This document shows, in pieces, positions 9,494-18,194 of a DNA stretch of 45,702 bases (position 1 is the stretch's first letter; every line of letters begins with the position of its first letter). The notes under the pieces were generated by a model. It was not told where the DNA came from and made no database searches. It saw only the letters and a list, made by a program, of their open reading frames with translations. A program made the position numbers and the translations under genes. The stretch covers positions 1 through 45,702 of the forward strand of contig CAMNWZ010000001.1 of NCBI GenBank assembly GCA_946566645.1. The letters run 5' to 3'. The stretch comes from an uncultured Clostridia bacterium. GTDB taxonomy: Bacteria > Bacillota > Clostridia > Oscillospirales > JAAYOS01.

Positions 9494-9522
9494 TTTACAA
9501 ATGAAATATTGCAGGCTATAAT
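9494..9522 (+). promoter_or_regulatory. Candidate sigma-A promoter for the 250-aa XRE regulator
   Basis: TTTACA, 17 nt spacer, TATAAT. Confidence 0.55.
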
Positions 9523-9564
9523 ATACTCACTGTAAAATGCGTGCGAGCATCATAACCCTGCGTA

Positions 9565-10317
9565 ATGCAAGCCGAAGCTAACAGCGATGGCGCGGGTTTT
9601 GTAAGAGATTGGGAGTGGGATATTTTGCCGGAACTGAATGCTGATTTTCCGCGCACACTTTCGCTGCTTAGGCGAGAGAAGGGAGTAAGTCAAAAGGAGG
9701 CGGCGGAAGCGCTGGGCGTGAGCCAGGCGCTGCTTTCGCACTACGAACGCGGACTTCGCGAGCCGGGTCTGCGATTTGTCGCGCTCGCCGCCGATTACTA
9801 CGGAGTGAGCGCCGATTTCCTGCTCGGGCGCAGCGCGTCGCGCGACGGCGGCGACGTCGACCCGAACGAGTTTTTCGACGCGAGCGAGTCTAACGACAAC
9901 CGCGTGCGCGGCAGCATGGTGGCGATGTTCTCGAAGAAGATACTTCAGAACGCGCTGACCCTGGTGTTCGACCTTGTCGGCAAGACCAACGACTCGGCGC
10001 TGGTGGCGGAGAGCTACAGCATCCTGTCGGTCGCGATATACAAGATGTTCCGCGAGGTGTACGAGCGCAGCGGCAGTGAACCGGGCAAGTTCTTCGCGCT
10101 TGACGAGCGGGAGGCGCGTACGCTCATCGACGCGCGGCTTGCGCTTGCCGAGCAGGGCTACGAGACCTCGCTCGACCGACGCGAGCATCTGCTCGAGCCG
10201 CTCAGCCACGACGCGATAAAGGACGGATACCCGCAGCTCGCGCAGTCGCTGTTCTCGCTGATACACGCGGTGGAGAGCGACGCGGCGAAGCTCCGCGACC
10301 TGTACGAGCGGGAGTGA
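9565..10317 (+). CDS. XRE-family helix-turn-helix transcriptional regulator with ~170-aa helical C-terminal domain
   Basis: HTH_3-type motif LRREKGVSQKEAAEALGVSQALLSHYERGLREPGLRFVALAADYYGVSADFLLGR. Start uncertain: the ATG at 9565 has no RBS, while TTG at 9625 is preceded by GGGAGTGGG. Confidence 0.8.
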   Translation: MQAEANSDGAGFVRDWEWDILPELNADFPRTLSLLRREKGVSQKEAAEALGVSQALLSHYERGLREPGLRFVALAADYYGVSADFLLGRSASRDGGDVDPNEFFDASESNDNRVRGSMVAMFSKKILQNALTLVFDLVGKTNDSALVAESYSILSVAIYKMFREVYERSGSEPGKFFALDEREARTLIDARLALAEQGYETSLDRREHLLEPLSHDAIKDGYPQLAQSLFSLIHAVESDAAKLRDLYERE

Positions 10318-10396
10318 GGCACGGCGGGGAAGCGGGCAGAATAGAGGAGAGACAGGGCAGTCGGGCAGCCGGCTGTCCTTTATTTTGCGAAAGCTA

Positions 10397-10424
10397 TTGA
10401 CAACCGACAACGGTGTGATATAAT
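10397..10424 (+). promoter_or_regulatory. Consensus sigma-A promoter for the XRE/mini-ImmA pair
   Basis: TTGACA, 16 nt spacer, TATAAT, 36 nt before the ATG at 10461. Preceded by a GC-rich hairpin plus T-run (about 10352-10386) that may terminate the upstream XRE gene. Confidence 0.65.
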
Positions 10425-10460
10425 AAAACCAGAACAAATATTCTATTAGGAGGGATAACG

Positions 10461-10817
10461 ATGCCGGATTTTCCGGTGAGGCTCGGTGAACTGATAGCCG
10501 AGCACGGCATGAGCCAGAAGGAGCTTTCGCGCAGGAGCGGAGTGACCGAGGCGGCGATCTCGCGATACCTCAGCGGCGAGCGTCGACCGGGCGCGAACGC
10601 GGCGATGGCGATGGCGTCGGTGCTCGGCGTGTCGGTCGAGTATCTGATGGGCGGCGAGGAGTCGTTCGAGCGCACCCCCGAGGTGAGGGAGATGCTCGAC
10701 GGACTGCGGATGCGCCCCGAGCTGCGGGTGCTGTTCTCCACCTCGAAGGACGCGACGACCGAGGACATCGAGGAGGCAATACGCACTCTGGAGCGGCTGA
10801 AAGAACAGAGAGGATAA
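10461..10817 (+). CDS. XRE-family HTH transcriptional regulator (ImmR-like)
   Basis: 118 aa. LGELIAEHGMSQKELSRRSGVTEAAISRYLSGERRPGANAAMAMASVLGVSVEYLMG is a canonical Cro/C1 HTH. RBS AGGAGGG upstream. Confidence 0.88.
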   Translation: MPDFPVRLGELIAEHGMSQKELSRRSGVTEAAISRYLSGERRPGANAAMAMASVLGVSVEYLMGGEESFERTPEVREMLDGLRMRPELRVLFSTSKDATTEDIEEAIRTLERLKEQRG

Positions 10818-10878
10818 AACACATACACACAAACACTGTCTGCTGAGTTTGCAAAACAAGGAGCGGAAATAGGCAAGA

Positions 10879-11085
10879 ATGTCGGATGTCATAATCAGGC
10901 TTATCGACCTGCCCTGCCGCGTGCGGGGGATGACCACCCCGAACGACGACGGAAGCTACAACGTCTACATCAATTCGCGGCTGGACGTCGTCGCGCAGCG
11001 GCTGGCGCTCGAGCACGAACTGCGGCACGTCCGGCGCGGCGACTTCTATCGGGCGGCGGGCATAGACGAGATCGAGAGCGTATGA
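10879..11085 (+). CDS. Very short ImmA/IrrE-like (peptidase M78/COG2856-like) protein with HExxH
   Basis: 68 aa. YNVYINSRLDVVAQRLALEHELRHVRRGDF matches the ImmA/IrrE core around the zinc motif HELRH. Lies directly downstream of an XRE gene. The RBS is weak or distant. Confidence 0.65.
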   Translation: MSDVIIRLIDLPCRVRGMTTPNDDGSYNVYINSRLDVVAQRLALEHELRHVRRGDFYRAAGIDEIESV

Positions 11086-11117
11086 AAAAACGGAGAGACG
11101 AAAGTCTCTCCGTTTTT
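11084..11117. terminator. Bidirectional terminator (mini-ImmA gene / glgP)
   Basis: A6-CGGAGAGAC-GAAA-GTCTCTCCG-T6. Confidence 0.85.
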
Positions 11118-11141
11118 TGTTGCTGAGATTATACGGGCAGT

Positions 11142-13586
11142 TTACAGACCCCAGATGTTCTTCGCGTACTCCTGAACCGAGCGGTCGGCTGCGAAGTGAC
11201 CGCTGTTCGCGATGTTGATAAGCGACATGCGGTTCCAGCGGGCGGGGTCGCGGTAGGCGTGCTCGGCAGCCTCCTGCGCGGAGCAGTAGCTCGGGAAGTC
11301 GGCGAGCAGGCGGTAGGTGTCGTCGTGCAGCAGCGAGTGCACGATGTCACTGTAACCCTCGCCGCCGCCGACGGTGCGCATCAGGTCGATCACGCGGTGG
11401 ATGTTCTGGTTCGAGTTGTAGATGGACTGGGGGTGGTGACCGCCGACGGCGAGCTGTGCCGCCTCCTGCGCGGTCATGCCGAAGATGAACATGTTCTCGC
11501 GACCCGCAAGCTCGCACATCTCGACGTTCGCGCCGTCGAGCGTGCCGATGGTAAGCGCGCCGTTCATCATAAACTTCATGTTGCCGGTGCCGCTCGCCTC
11601 CTTGCCCGCAAGCGAGATCTGCTCGCTCAGCTCGGTGGCGGGCATCAGGCGCTCGGCAAGCGACACGTTGTAGTTTTCGAGGAAGGCGACGCGCAGGTAT
11701 CGGCTGACCTCCGGGTCGGCGTCTATCATCTTGGCGGTGTCGTTTATCAGCTTGATTATCCGCTTGGCGATGCGGTAGCCGCTCGCAGCCTTCGCGCCGA
11801 AGATGAAGGTGCGCGGCTGCATTCCGGCGGTGTTGCCGTCCTTTATCTTGAGATAGAGCCAGAGTATGTGCATCAGGTTCATAAGCTGGCGCTTGTACTC
11901 GTGGAGGCGCTTCGCCTGCGCGTCGAACATCGAGGTCGGGTCGAGCTTGACGCCGCAGTTGCGCTCGACGATGGCGGTCATCGTCTTCTTGTTCGCGAGC
12001 TTTATCTCGGCGAGGCGGTCGAGGACGGTCTTGTCGTCGGCGTACTTCTCCAGCTGCTTAAACATCGACGCGTCGGTCTGCCAGGCGGGTCCGATGAGCT
12101 CGGTGATGAGGTCGGCGAGCAGCGGGTTTGCCTGACCGAGCCAGCGGCGGTGGTCTATGCCGTTGGTGACGTTCTCGAACTTGTTCGGGAACATGTGGTA
12201 GGCATCGGCGAACACCTTGTCCTTGAGTATCTGGGTGTGCAGCGCGGCAACGCCGTTTATCTTGCGGCAGCCGGCAACGCAGAGGTTAGCCATCCGCACC
12301 TGTCCGTCGTAGAGGATGGACATTGCCTTCTTCTTCGAGCCGTCGTTACCGAAGCGAGCCTCGATGTCCCGCTCGAAGCGGTTGTGTATCTCGAGGATTA
12401 TGTCGTAGACGCGGGGCAGCAGCATCTGGACAAGATTCTGCGGCCAGCACTCGAGAGCCTCGGGAAGCACGGTGTGGTTGGTGTAGCAGACCGAATTCGT
12501 GACGATGTTCCACGCCTCGTCCCAGTCGTAGCCGTGCTCGTCGAGCAGGATGCGCATGAGCTCGGGTATGGCGAAGGTCGGGTGGGTGTCGTTTATCTGG
12601 AAGATGTGCTTCTGCGCGAGGTTCTTGAGCGTGCCGTACTGCTCGAAGTGCTTGTGCACCACGTCCTGCACGGTTGCCGACGCGAGGAAGTACTCCTGGC
12701 GCAGGCGCAGCATCTTGCCCTCCATGTGACTGTCCTCGGGGTAGAGGCACTTGGTTATCATCTCCGCCATAGCGCGGCGCTCGACCGCCTTCATGTACTG
12801 TCCCTGACCGAAAAGGGTCATGTCTATCTCGCCCTCCACGCGCGCCGACCAGAGGCGCAGGCGGTTGACCATGCCGTTTGCGAAGCCGCCGACGAGCAGG
12901 TCGCTCGGCTGGGCGATAAGCTCGGTCGCGTCGGTGTAGACGGGGTACATGCGACCGCCGCGCCACTGATAGTCGACCTTGCCGCCGAAGCGGACGGTAT
13001 AGCTGTCCGCGAAGTTGTTTATAAGCCAAACGTCGTCTATGTCCAGCCACTTGTCGGGCAGCTCCTGCTGTTCGCCGTCGATGAACTTCTGGCGGAACAG
13101 ACCGTATTCGTAGAGCAGCGAGTAGCCGGTCGCCGCCATGCCCTGGGTAGTCATCGCCTCGAGATAGCACGCCGCGAGACGGCCGAGTCCGCCGTTGCCG
13201 AGCGCCGCGTCGGTCTCTATCTCGAAGAAGTCGGCGGGCTCGAAGCCGAGGTCGCGCACCGCGTCCCGAATTATGTCGAGTATGCCGAGGTTGTAGGCGT
13301 TCTTCTCGAGCGAGCGCCCGAGCAGGAACTCGAGCGACATGTAGTGTATCTGCTTCATGCCGTTCTTCTCGATCATCGCGTCGGTGTCCACCACGCGCGC
13401 CGCCATTATGTCGCGCATGACCAGCGCGCACGCCTTGAACACCTGTATCGGCTTTGCCTCGGTCGGCTCGCATCCGAAGTTGAGACGCAGCTTTTCCTCG
13501 AGCGCGGCGACGACTTCGCTGCGCGCGGGGTCGGAAGCCGCGACGGTCGGACGATTACCCTTGCCGCTGTTCTTTGCCATATCCAT
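11142..13586 (-). CDS. glgP: Glycogen/maltodextrin phosphorylase
   Basis: 814 aa GT35. PLP-lysine region EASGTGNMKFMMNGALTIGTLDGANVE plus NGGLGRLAACYLE. Confidence 0.95.
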   Translation of the reverse strand: MDMAKNSGKGNRPTVAASDPARSEVVAALEEKLRLNFGCEPTEAKPIQVFKACALVMRDIMAARVVDTDAMIEKNGMKQIHYMSLEFLLGRSLEKNAYNLGILDIIRDAVRDLGFEPADFFEIETDAALGNGGLGRLAACYLEAMTTQGMAATGYSLLYEYGLFRQKFIDGEQQELPDKWLDIDDVWLINNFADSYTVRFGGKVDYQWRGGRMYPVYTDATELIAQPSDLLVGGFANGMVNRLRLWSARVEGEIDMTLFGQGQYMKAVERRAMAEMITKCLYPEDSHMEGKMLRLRQEYFLASATVQDVVHKHFEQYGTLKNLAQKHIFQINDTHPTFAIPELMRILLDEHGYDWDEAWNIVTNSVCYTNHTVLPEALECWPQNLVQMLLPRVYDIILEIHNRFERDIEARFGNDGSKKKAMSILYDGQVRMANLCVAGCRKINGVAALHTQILKDKVFADAYHMFPNKFENVTNGIDHRRWLGQANPLLADLITELIGPAWQTDASMFKQLEKYADDKTVLDRLAEIKLANKKTMTAIVERNCGVKLDPTSMFDAQAKRLHEYKRQLMNLMHILWLYLKIKDGNTAGMQPRTFIFGAKAASGYRIAKRIIKLINDTAKMIDADPEVSRYLRVAFLENYNVSLAERLMPATELSEQISLAGKEASGTGNMKFMMNGALTIGTLDGANVEMCELAGRENMFIFGMTAQEAAQLAVGGHHPQSIYNSNQNIHRVIDLMRTVGGGEGYSDIVHSLLHDDTYRLLADFPSYCSAQEAAEHAYRDPARWNRMSLINIANSGHFAADRSVQEYAKNIWGL

Positions 13587-13659
13587 ACCTCACAATCTTC
13601 TTTTGACCGTATAAAACGGATTATTGCCGTAAAATACCGCTTTTGGGAGCGGCTATTAT

Positions 13660-13687
13660 ATTATAACGGATAATTCCGAAATGTACA
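13660..13687 (-). promoter_or_regulatory. Candidate promoter for glgP
   Basis: Minus strand TGTACA, 16 nt spacer, TATAAT (a second overlapping TATAAT lies 5 nt downstream). Confidence 0.4.
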
Positions 13688-13780
13688 CCCCCAATCTGCA
13701 CAAAATTTTCCTCCGTCTGTAACTTTTGGTACAGCAGACGGAGCACAGACCGCGCCGCCCGCCTTTTCCTCTATAAATTG

Positions 13781-13809
13781 TTGAACTCGGGCGGGGTTTG
13801 TGCTATAAT
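13781..13809 (+). promoter_or_regulatory. Candidate sigma-A promoter for lepA-hemW-DUF3810
   Basis: TTGAAC, 17 nt spacer, TATAAT, about 40 nt before the lepA start. Confidence 0.6.
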
Positions 13810-13849
13810 CCGAGTGATGCCTAAACCAATGGGAGCGAGGTAGAGACGC

Positions 13850-15661
13850 TTGCAGGACATAACAAAGATTCGTAATTTCTCCATCGTCGCGCACATCGAC
13901 CACGGCAAGAGCACCATCGCCGACCGACTGCTCGAGATGTGCGGCGCGGTTGCCGAGCGCGAGATGGAGGAGCAGATACTGGACAACATGGAGCTTGAGC
14001 GCGAGCGCGGCATAACCATCAAGGCGCGCGCCGTTCGGCTGCAGTATAAGGCGCAGGACGGGGAGACGTATGAGCTCAACCTTATCGACACCCCCGGCCA
14101 TGTCGACTTCAACTACGAGGTGAGCCGCAGCCTTGCCGCGTGCGAGGGCGCTCTGCTCGTCGTCGACGCCGCGCAGGGCATAGAGGCGCAGACGCTCGCA
14201 AACACCTACCTCGCCATCGACGCGGGGCTTGAGGTGCTGCCGGTGATAAACAAGATAGACCTTCCGGCGGCAGATCCCGACCGCGTGGCGCAGGAGATAG
14301 AGGACGTGATAGGCATACCCGCTGTCGACGACGCGCCGCGCGTTTCCGCGAAGACGGGTCTCGGCATGGAGGCGGTGCCCGAGTACATCGTCAAGAACAT
14401 CCCCGCACCGCAGGGCGACCCGAACGCCCCCCTGCGCTGCCTGATATTCGACAGCCAGTACGACCCGTACAAGGGAGTTATCGTCTATCTGCGCGTGATG
14501 GAGGGCACGCTCCGCGTCGGCGACCGCGTGCGCATGATGCAGTCGGGCGCGGAGTACGACGTGGTCGAGTGCGGCAACCTCGGCGCGAAGACGACGATAA
14601 ACACCGGAGAGCTCGGTCCGGGCGAGGTCGGATTCCTCACCGCGTCGATAAAGAACGTGCGCGACTGCGAGGTGGGCGACACGGTGACCCACGCGAACGC
14701 TCCCGCCTCGGAGGCGCTGCCCGGCTACCGCAAGGTGCAGTCGATGGTGTTCAGCGGCGTATATCCCGCCGACGGCGCGAAATATCCCGACCTCCGCGAC
14801 GCCCTCGAAAAGCTGCGGCTCAACGACGCGTCGCTCAGCTTCGAGCCCGAGTCGAGCGCCGCGCTCGGATTCGGCTTCCGCTGCGGATTCCTCGGGCTGC
14901 TGCACATGGAGGTAATACAGGAGCGACTCGAGCGCGAGTTCGACCTCGACCTGATAACCACCGCGCCGTCGGTCAGCTACATGATACACTACACCGACGG
15001 CAGCGAGAAGATGATACAGAACCCGCTCGAGTTCCCCGACGGCACCGAGCTGGACTATGCCGAGGAGCCGTTCGTCGCGGCGTCGATAATCACCCCGCCC
15101 GACTACACCGGAGCGATAATAGAGCTCTGCCAGGAGCGGCGCGGCGTGTTCAAGGACATGAAGTATCTCGAGGCGACCCGCGTCGAGCTGCACTACGACC
15201 TTCCGCTCGGCGAGATAATCTACGACTTTTTCGACGCGCTCAAGAGCCGCACGCGCGGCTACGCGTCGCTCGACTATGAGATAAGCGACTTCCGCCGAAG
15301 CGAGCTTGTCAAGCTGGACGTGCTGCTCAACGGCGACATAGTGGACGCGCTGAGCTTCATCGTCCACAAGGACAAGGCGTATCCGCGCGCCCGCAAGATA
15401 TGCGAGAAGCTGAAGGACAACATCCCGCGCCAGCTGTTCGAGATACCCGTCCAGGCGGCGATAGGCGGCAAGATAATCGCGCGCGAGACGGTCAAGGCGA
15501 TGCGCAAGGACGTTCTTGCCAAGTGCTACGGCGGCGACATTACCCGCAAGAAGAAGCTGCTCGAGAAGCAGAAGGAGGGCAAGAAGCGGATGCGCACCTT
15601 CGGTACTGTCGAAGTGCCGCAGGAGGCGTTCATGGCGGTGCTCAAGCTGGACGAGGACTGA
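13850..15661 (+). CDS. lepA: Translation elongation factor 4 (LepA)
   Basis: 603 aa. [23 protein letters not shown]1 motif, DTPGHVDF G3 motif, and the LepA-specific C-terminus. TTG start. Confidence 0.96.
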   Translation: MQDITKIRNFSIVAHIDHGKSTIADRLLEMCGAVAEREMEEQILDNMELERERGITIKARAVRLQYKAQDGETYELNLIDTPGHVDFNYEVSRSLAACEGALLVVDAAQGIEAQTLANTYLAIDAGLEVLPVINKIDLPAADPDRVAQEIEDVIGIPAVDDAPRVSAKTGLGMEAVPEYIVKNIPAPQGDPNAPLRCLIFDSQYDPYKGVIVYLRVMEGTLRVGDRVRMMQSGAEYDVVECGNLGAKTTINTGELGPGEVGFLTASIKNVRDCEVGDTVTHANAPASEALPGYRKVQSMVFSGVYPADGAKYPDLRDALEKLRLNDASLSFEPESSAALGFGFRCGFLGLLHMEVIQERLEREFDLDLITTAPSVSYMIHYTDGSEKMIQNPLEFPDGTELDYAEEPFVAASIITPPDYTGAIIELCQERRGVFKDMKYLEATRVELHYDLPLGEIIYDFFDALKSRTRGYASLDYEISDFRRSELVKLDVLLNGDIVDALSFIVHKDKAYPRARKICEKLKDNIPRQLFEIPVQAAIGGKIIARETVKAMRKDVLAKCYGGDITRKKKLLEKQKEGKKRMRTFGTVEVPQEAFMAVLKLDED

Positions 15662-15698
15662 GCTTTCGGGACAGATAAACACGGGAGGAGGGGACGGT

Positions 15699-16907
15699 AT
15701 GGCACACAGGATAACGCCCACCGCGCGCGACGAGCGTCCGGTCGGGATATACATACACATACCGTTCTGCCGCCGCAAGTGCAGCTACTGCGACTTCTAC
15801 TCGATAGCCGAGTTTGACGACGCGCTCTGCGACCGATATGCCGCCGCGCTCGTGCGTCAGATAGCCGAGACAGCGCCGACGATTGCGGGAAAGGTGGACA
15901 GCGTCTACTTCGGCGGCGGCACTCCGACGGTGTTCGGGGCGAAGCGGCTTTGTGCGGTGCTCGGCGCGATACACAAGCATTTCTCGGTTGAAAAGAACGC
16001 CGAGATAACCACCGAGGCAAACCCCGAGTCGACCGACAAAAAGACGATGAAAGCCCTGCGCCGCGCGGGATTCAACCGCGTATCCTTCGGCGTTCAGTCG
16101 AGCTGTGACTTAGAGCTTAGGGCGATGGGACGGCTGCACGACTTTTCGGCGGCGAAAGCGGCGGTGGAGGCTGCGCGCGCGGCGAAATTCAAAAACGTGA
16201 GCGTCGACCTGATGTACGGCGTTGCGGGACAGACCGCCGAGAGCTGGCGGCAGTCGATAGCCGACATACTGGCGCTGAAGCCCGAGCACATCTCGGCTTA
16301 CGGGCTTAAGGTGGAGAGCGGAACGCCGCTTTCGCGCGCGGTGGAGGCGGGGGACGTGCTCCTGCCCGACGACGACACGCAGGCGGAATATTACGAGACC
16401 GCGTGCGAGCTGCTGCGCGACGCCGAATATGTCCACTACGAAATATCCAACTGGGCAAAGCCGGGGTATGAGTCGCGGCACAACCTGCGCTACTGGCGGC
16501 TCGAGCCGTACATCGGCTTCGGGGCTGCGGCGCACTCGGACGCATTCGGCATACGCTGCGCCGCGCCGCGGGACATAGAGAAGTACATGACAGCCGTCGA
16601 GTGCGGCGGCGAGATATTCGAGGACTACGACCGCATACCGCCGTCCGAGCGCGCGTTTGAGTATGTTATGCTCGCGCTTCGCACCGGCGACGGCATAGAC
16701 GCGGGCACGCTTAGGCGGAGCTATCGTCTCGACCCCGACGCCGCCGCCGAGACGATAGACGCGCTTGCCGAGCAGGGACTGGTCGCCCGCACGCCGCACG
16801 GCTTTCGACTGACCGAGCGCGGCGCGCTTCTGTCGAACACGCTTATTCTCAAGATATTCGACGCGCTGAAGCCGCTTGAGAACCGATTCGCAAAGGAGAA
16901 ACTATGA
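15699..16907 (+). CDS. hemW: Radical SAM heme chaperone HemW (HemN-like, oxygen-independent coproporphyrinogen oxidase family)
   Basis: IYIHIPFCRRKCSYCDFY CxxxCxxC cluster motif and the conserved lepA-hemW synteny. Start moved to the ATG at 15699 (RBS GGGAGGAGG). The track ORF start at 15516 overlaps lepA. Confidence 0.9.
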   Translation: MAHRITPTARDERPVGIYIHIPFCRRKCSYCDFYSIAEFDDALCDRYAAALVRQIAETAPTIAGKVDSVYFGGGTPTVFGAKRLCAVLGAIHKHFSVEKNAEITTEANPESTDKKTMKALRRAGFNRVSFGVQSSCDLELRAMGRLHDFSAAKAAVEAARAAKFKNVSVDLMYGVAGQTAESWRQSIADILALKPEHISAYGLKVESGTPLSRAVEAGDVLLPDDDTQAEYYETACELLRDAEYVHYEISNWAKPGYESRHNLRYWRLEPYIGFGAAAHSDAFGIRCAAPRDIEKYMTAVECGGEIFEDYDRIPPSERAFEYVMLALRTGDGIDAGTLRRSYRLDPDAAAETIDALAEQGLVARTPHGFRLTERGALLSNTLILKIFDALKPLENRFAKEKL

Positions 16908-18139
16908 ACTATCCGGAGGAGAAGACCCGCACCGTCGGGGAGACAGAGAGCGCAGAGAACACCGCGGCGGAGAGCGTCGCGACATCCGCCGAAGCGCCCG
17001 CGACAGCTGCCGAAGCGCCCGCAAATCCGCGTCGACGGCTCGGAGGCTCGGCGAAGCGACTGGTTGCGGCGGTGGCGCTTATCGCGCTGTCGCTCGGATT
17101 TCTGCTGATAACCGCACAGTTTCCCGAGTGGATAAGCACGAGCTACAAGCACTTCTCGCGGTTCGTGATACACGCGGTGGGCACGATTTTCGCCGCCGCG
17201 CCGTTCTCGGTGGTCGAGTGGCTGATATACATAGCGATTGCGAGCGTGCTGGCGGCGATCGTCGTTACGATAGTGCGGTCGATAAGGCATAAGCACGCGC
17301 TTAGGAGATGGGCGGCGCTCGGGAGCAGCCTGCTGCTCGCCGCGTCGATGATCTTCTCGATGTTCGCGTTCTGCTGGGCGCCGAACTACCGCTCGGCGGG
17401 GCTTGCGTACGAGCTCGGACTGGAGGTGCGCGAGCGGTCGAGCGACACGCTTGCGGCGGCACTCGCTGAGATAGTGGACGAGATGAACGAAGTTGTGACC
17501 GAGCTTCCCGCCGACGAGCGGGGCGCGGTCGACTGGGGCGGCTTTGGCGACCAGTCGAACGCTGCGCGGCGAGCGTGGCAGGCGCTGGCGGAGGAAAGCG
17601 AATTCTTCGCCGACTGCGCGCCGCTGTGGACGAAACCCGTTGCGGCGAGCCGTGCGCTCAGCCACGCGGGACTGACCGGCATCTTCCTGCCCTTCACCGG
17701 CGAGGCGAACGTCAACGCCGACTTCCCCGACTCGGGACGCATATTCACGATGGCGCACGAGACCGCTCACGCGATGGGCTGTGCCGCCGAGAACGAGGCA
17801 AACTTCGCGGCGCTGCTGGCGTGCCGAGCGTCGGACGACCCGCTCGCGCGGTATTCGGGACTGCTCGCGGCGTTCAGCTACTGCTACAACGCGCTCTGCT
17901 CGGTCGACCGCGAGGCGGCTTACGAGCAGTGGTATCGGCTTCCGCAGCGCGCGATCGACGACTATCACGAGCGCGGCGAATACTGGGCGCGGTTCGAGGG
18001 AGAGATACAGAAAGTGGCAACTTCGGTAAACGATGCGTATTTGAAGGCGATGAATCAACCGAGCGGAGTGAAGAGCTACGGCGAGGTGGTTGACCTGATA
18101 CTCGCGGACTTCGTGGCGAGGACAGGTTATTCGGAGTGA
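16904..18139 (+). CDS. DUF3810-like membrane protein with HExxH motif (putative zinc metallopeptidase)
   Basis: 411 aa with N-terminal TM helices. FTGEANVNADFPDSGRIFTMAHETAHAMGCAAENEANF resembles the DUF3810 family core. ATGA overlap with the hemW stop. Confidence 0.65.
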   Translation: MNYPEEKTRTVGETESAENTAAESVATSAEAPATAAEAPANPRRRLGGSAKRLVAAVALIALSLGFLLITAQFPEWISTSYKHFSRFVIHAVGTIFAAAPFSVVEWLIYIAIASVLAAIVVTIVRSIRHKHALRRWAALGSSLLLAASMIFSMFAFCWAPNYRSAGLAYELGLEVRERSSDTLAAALAEIVDEMNEVVTELPADERGAVDWGGFGDQSNAARRAWQALAEESEFFADCAPLWTKPVAASRALSHAGLTGIFLPFTGEANVNADFPDSGRIFTMAHETAHAMGCAAENEANFAALLACRASDDPLARYSGLLAAFSYCYNALCSVDREAAYEQWYRLPQRAIDDYHERGEYWARFEGEIQKVATSVNDAYLKAMNQPSGVKSYGEVVDLILADFVARTGYSE

Positions 18140-18194
18140 GTGCGCGGTCCGATCGAAAACGTTTGAAAAACTTCTAAAAAGGAGTGGATATGGC

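Noticed and set aside
11196-13673. 825-aa plus-strand ORF opposite glgP
   Set aside because: It is antisense to a complete GT35 phosphorylase with the PLP-lysine motif, and its composition is that of a shadow ORF.
15516-15698. N-terminal extension of the hemW ORF starting at 15516
   Set aside because: The extension overlaps the lepA 3' end, is Arg/Ser/Cys-rich and has no RBS. The ATG at 15699 follows GGGAGGAGG and gives a normal HemW N-terminus.
13661-15778. 705-aa minus-strand ORF opposite lepA
   Set aside because: It is antisense to LepA, which has its GTPase motifs intact.
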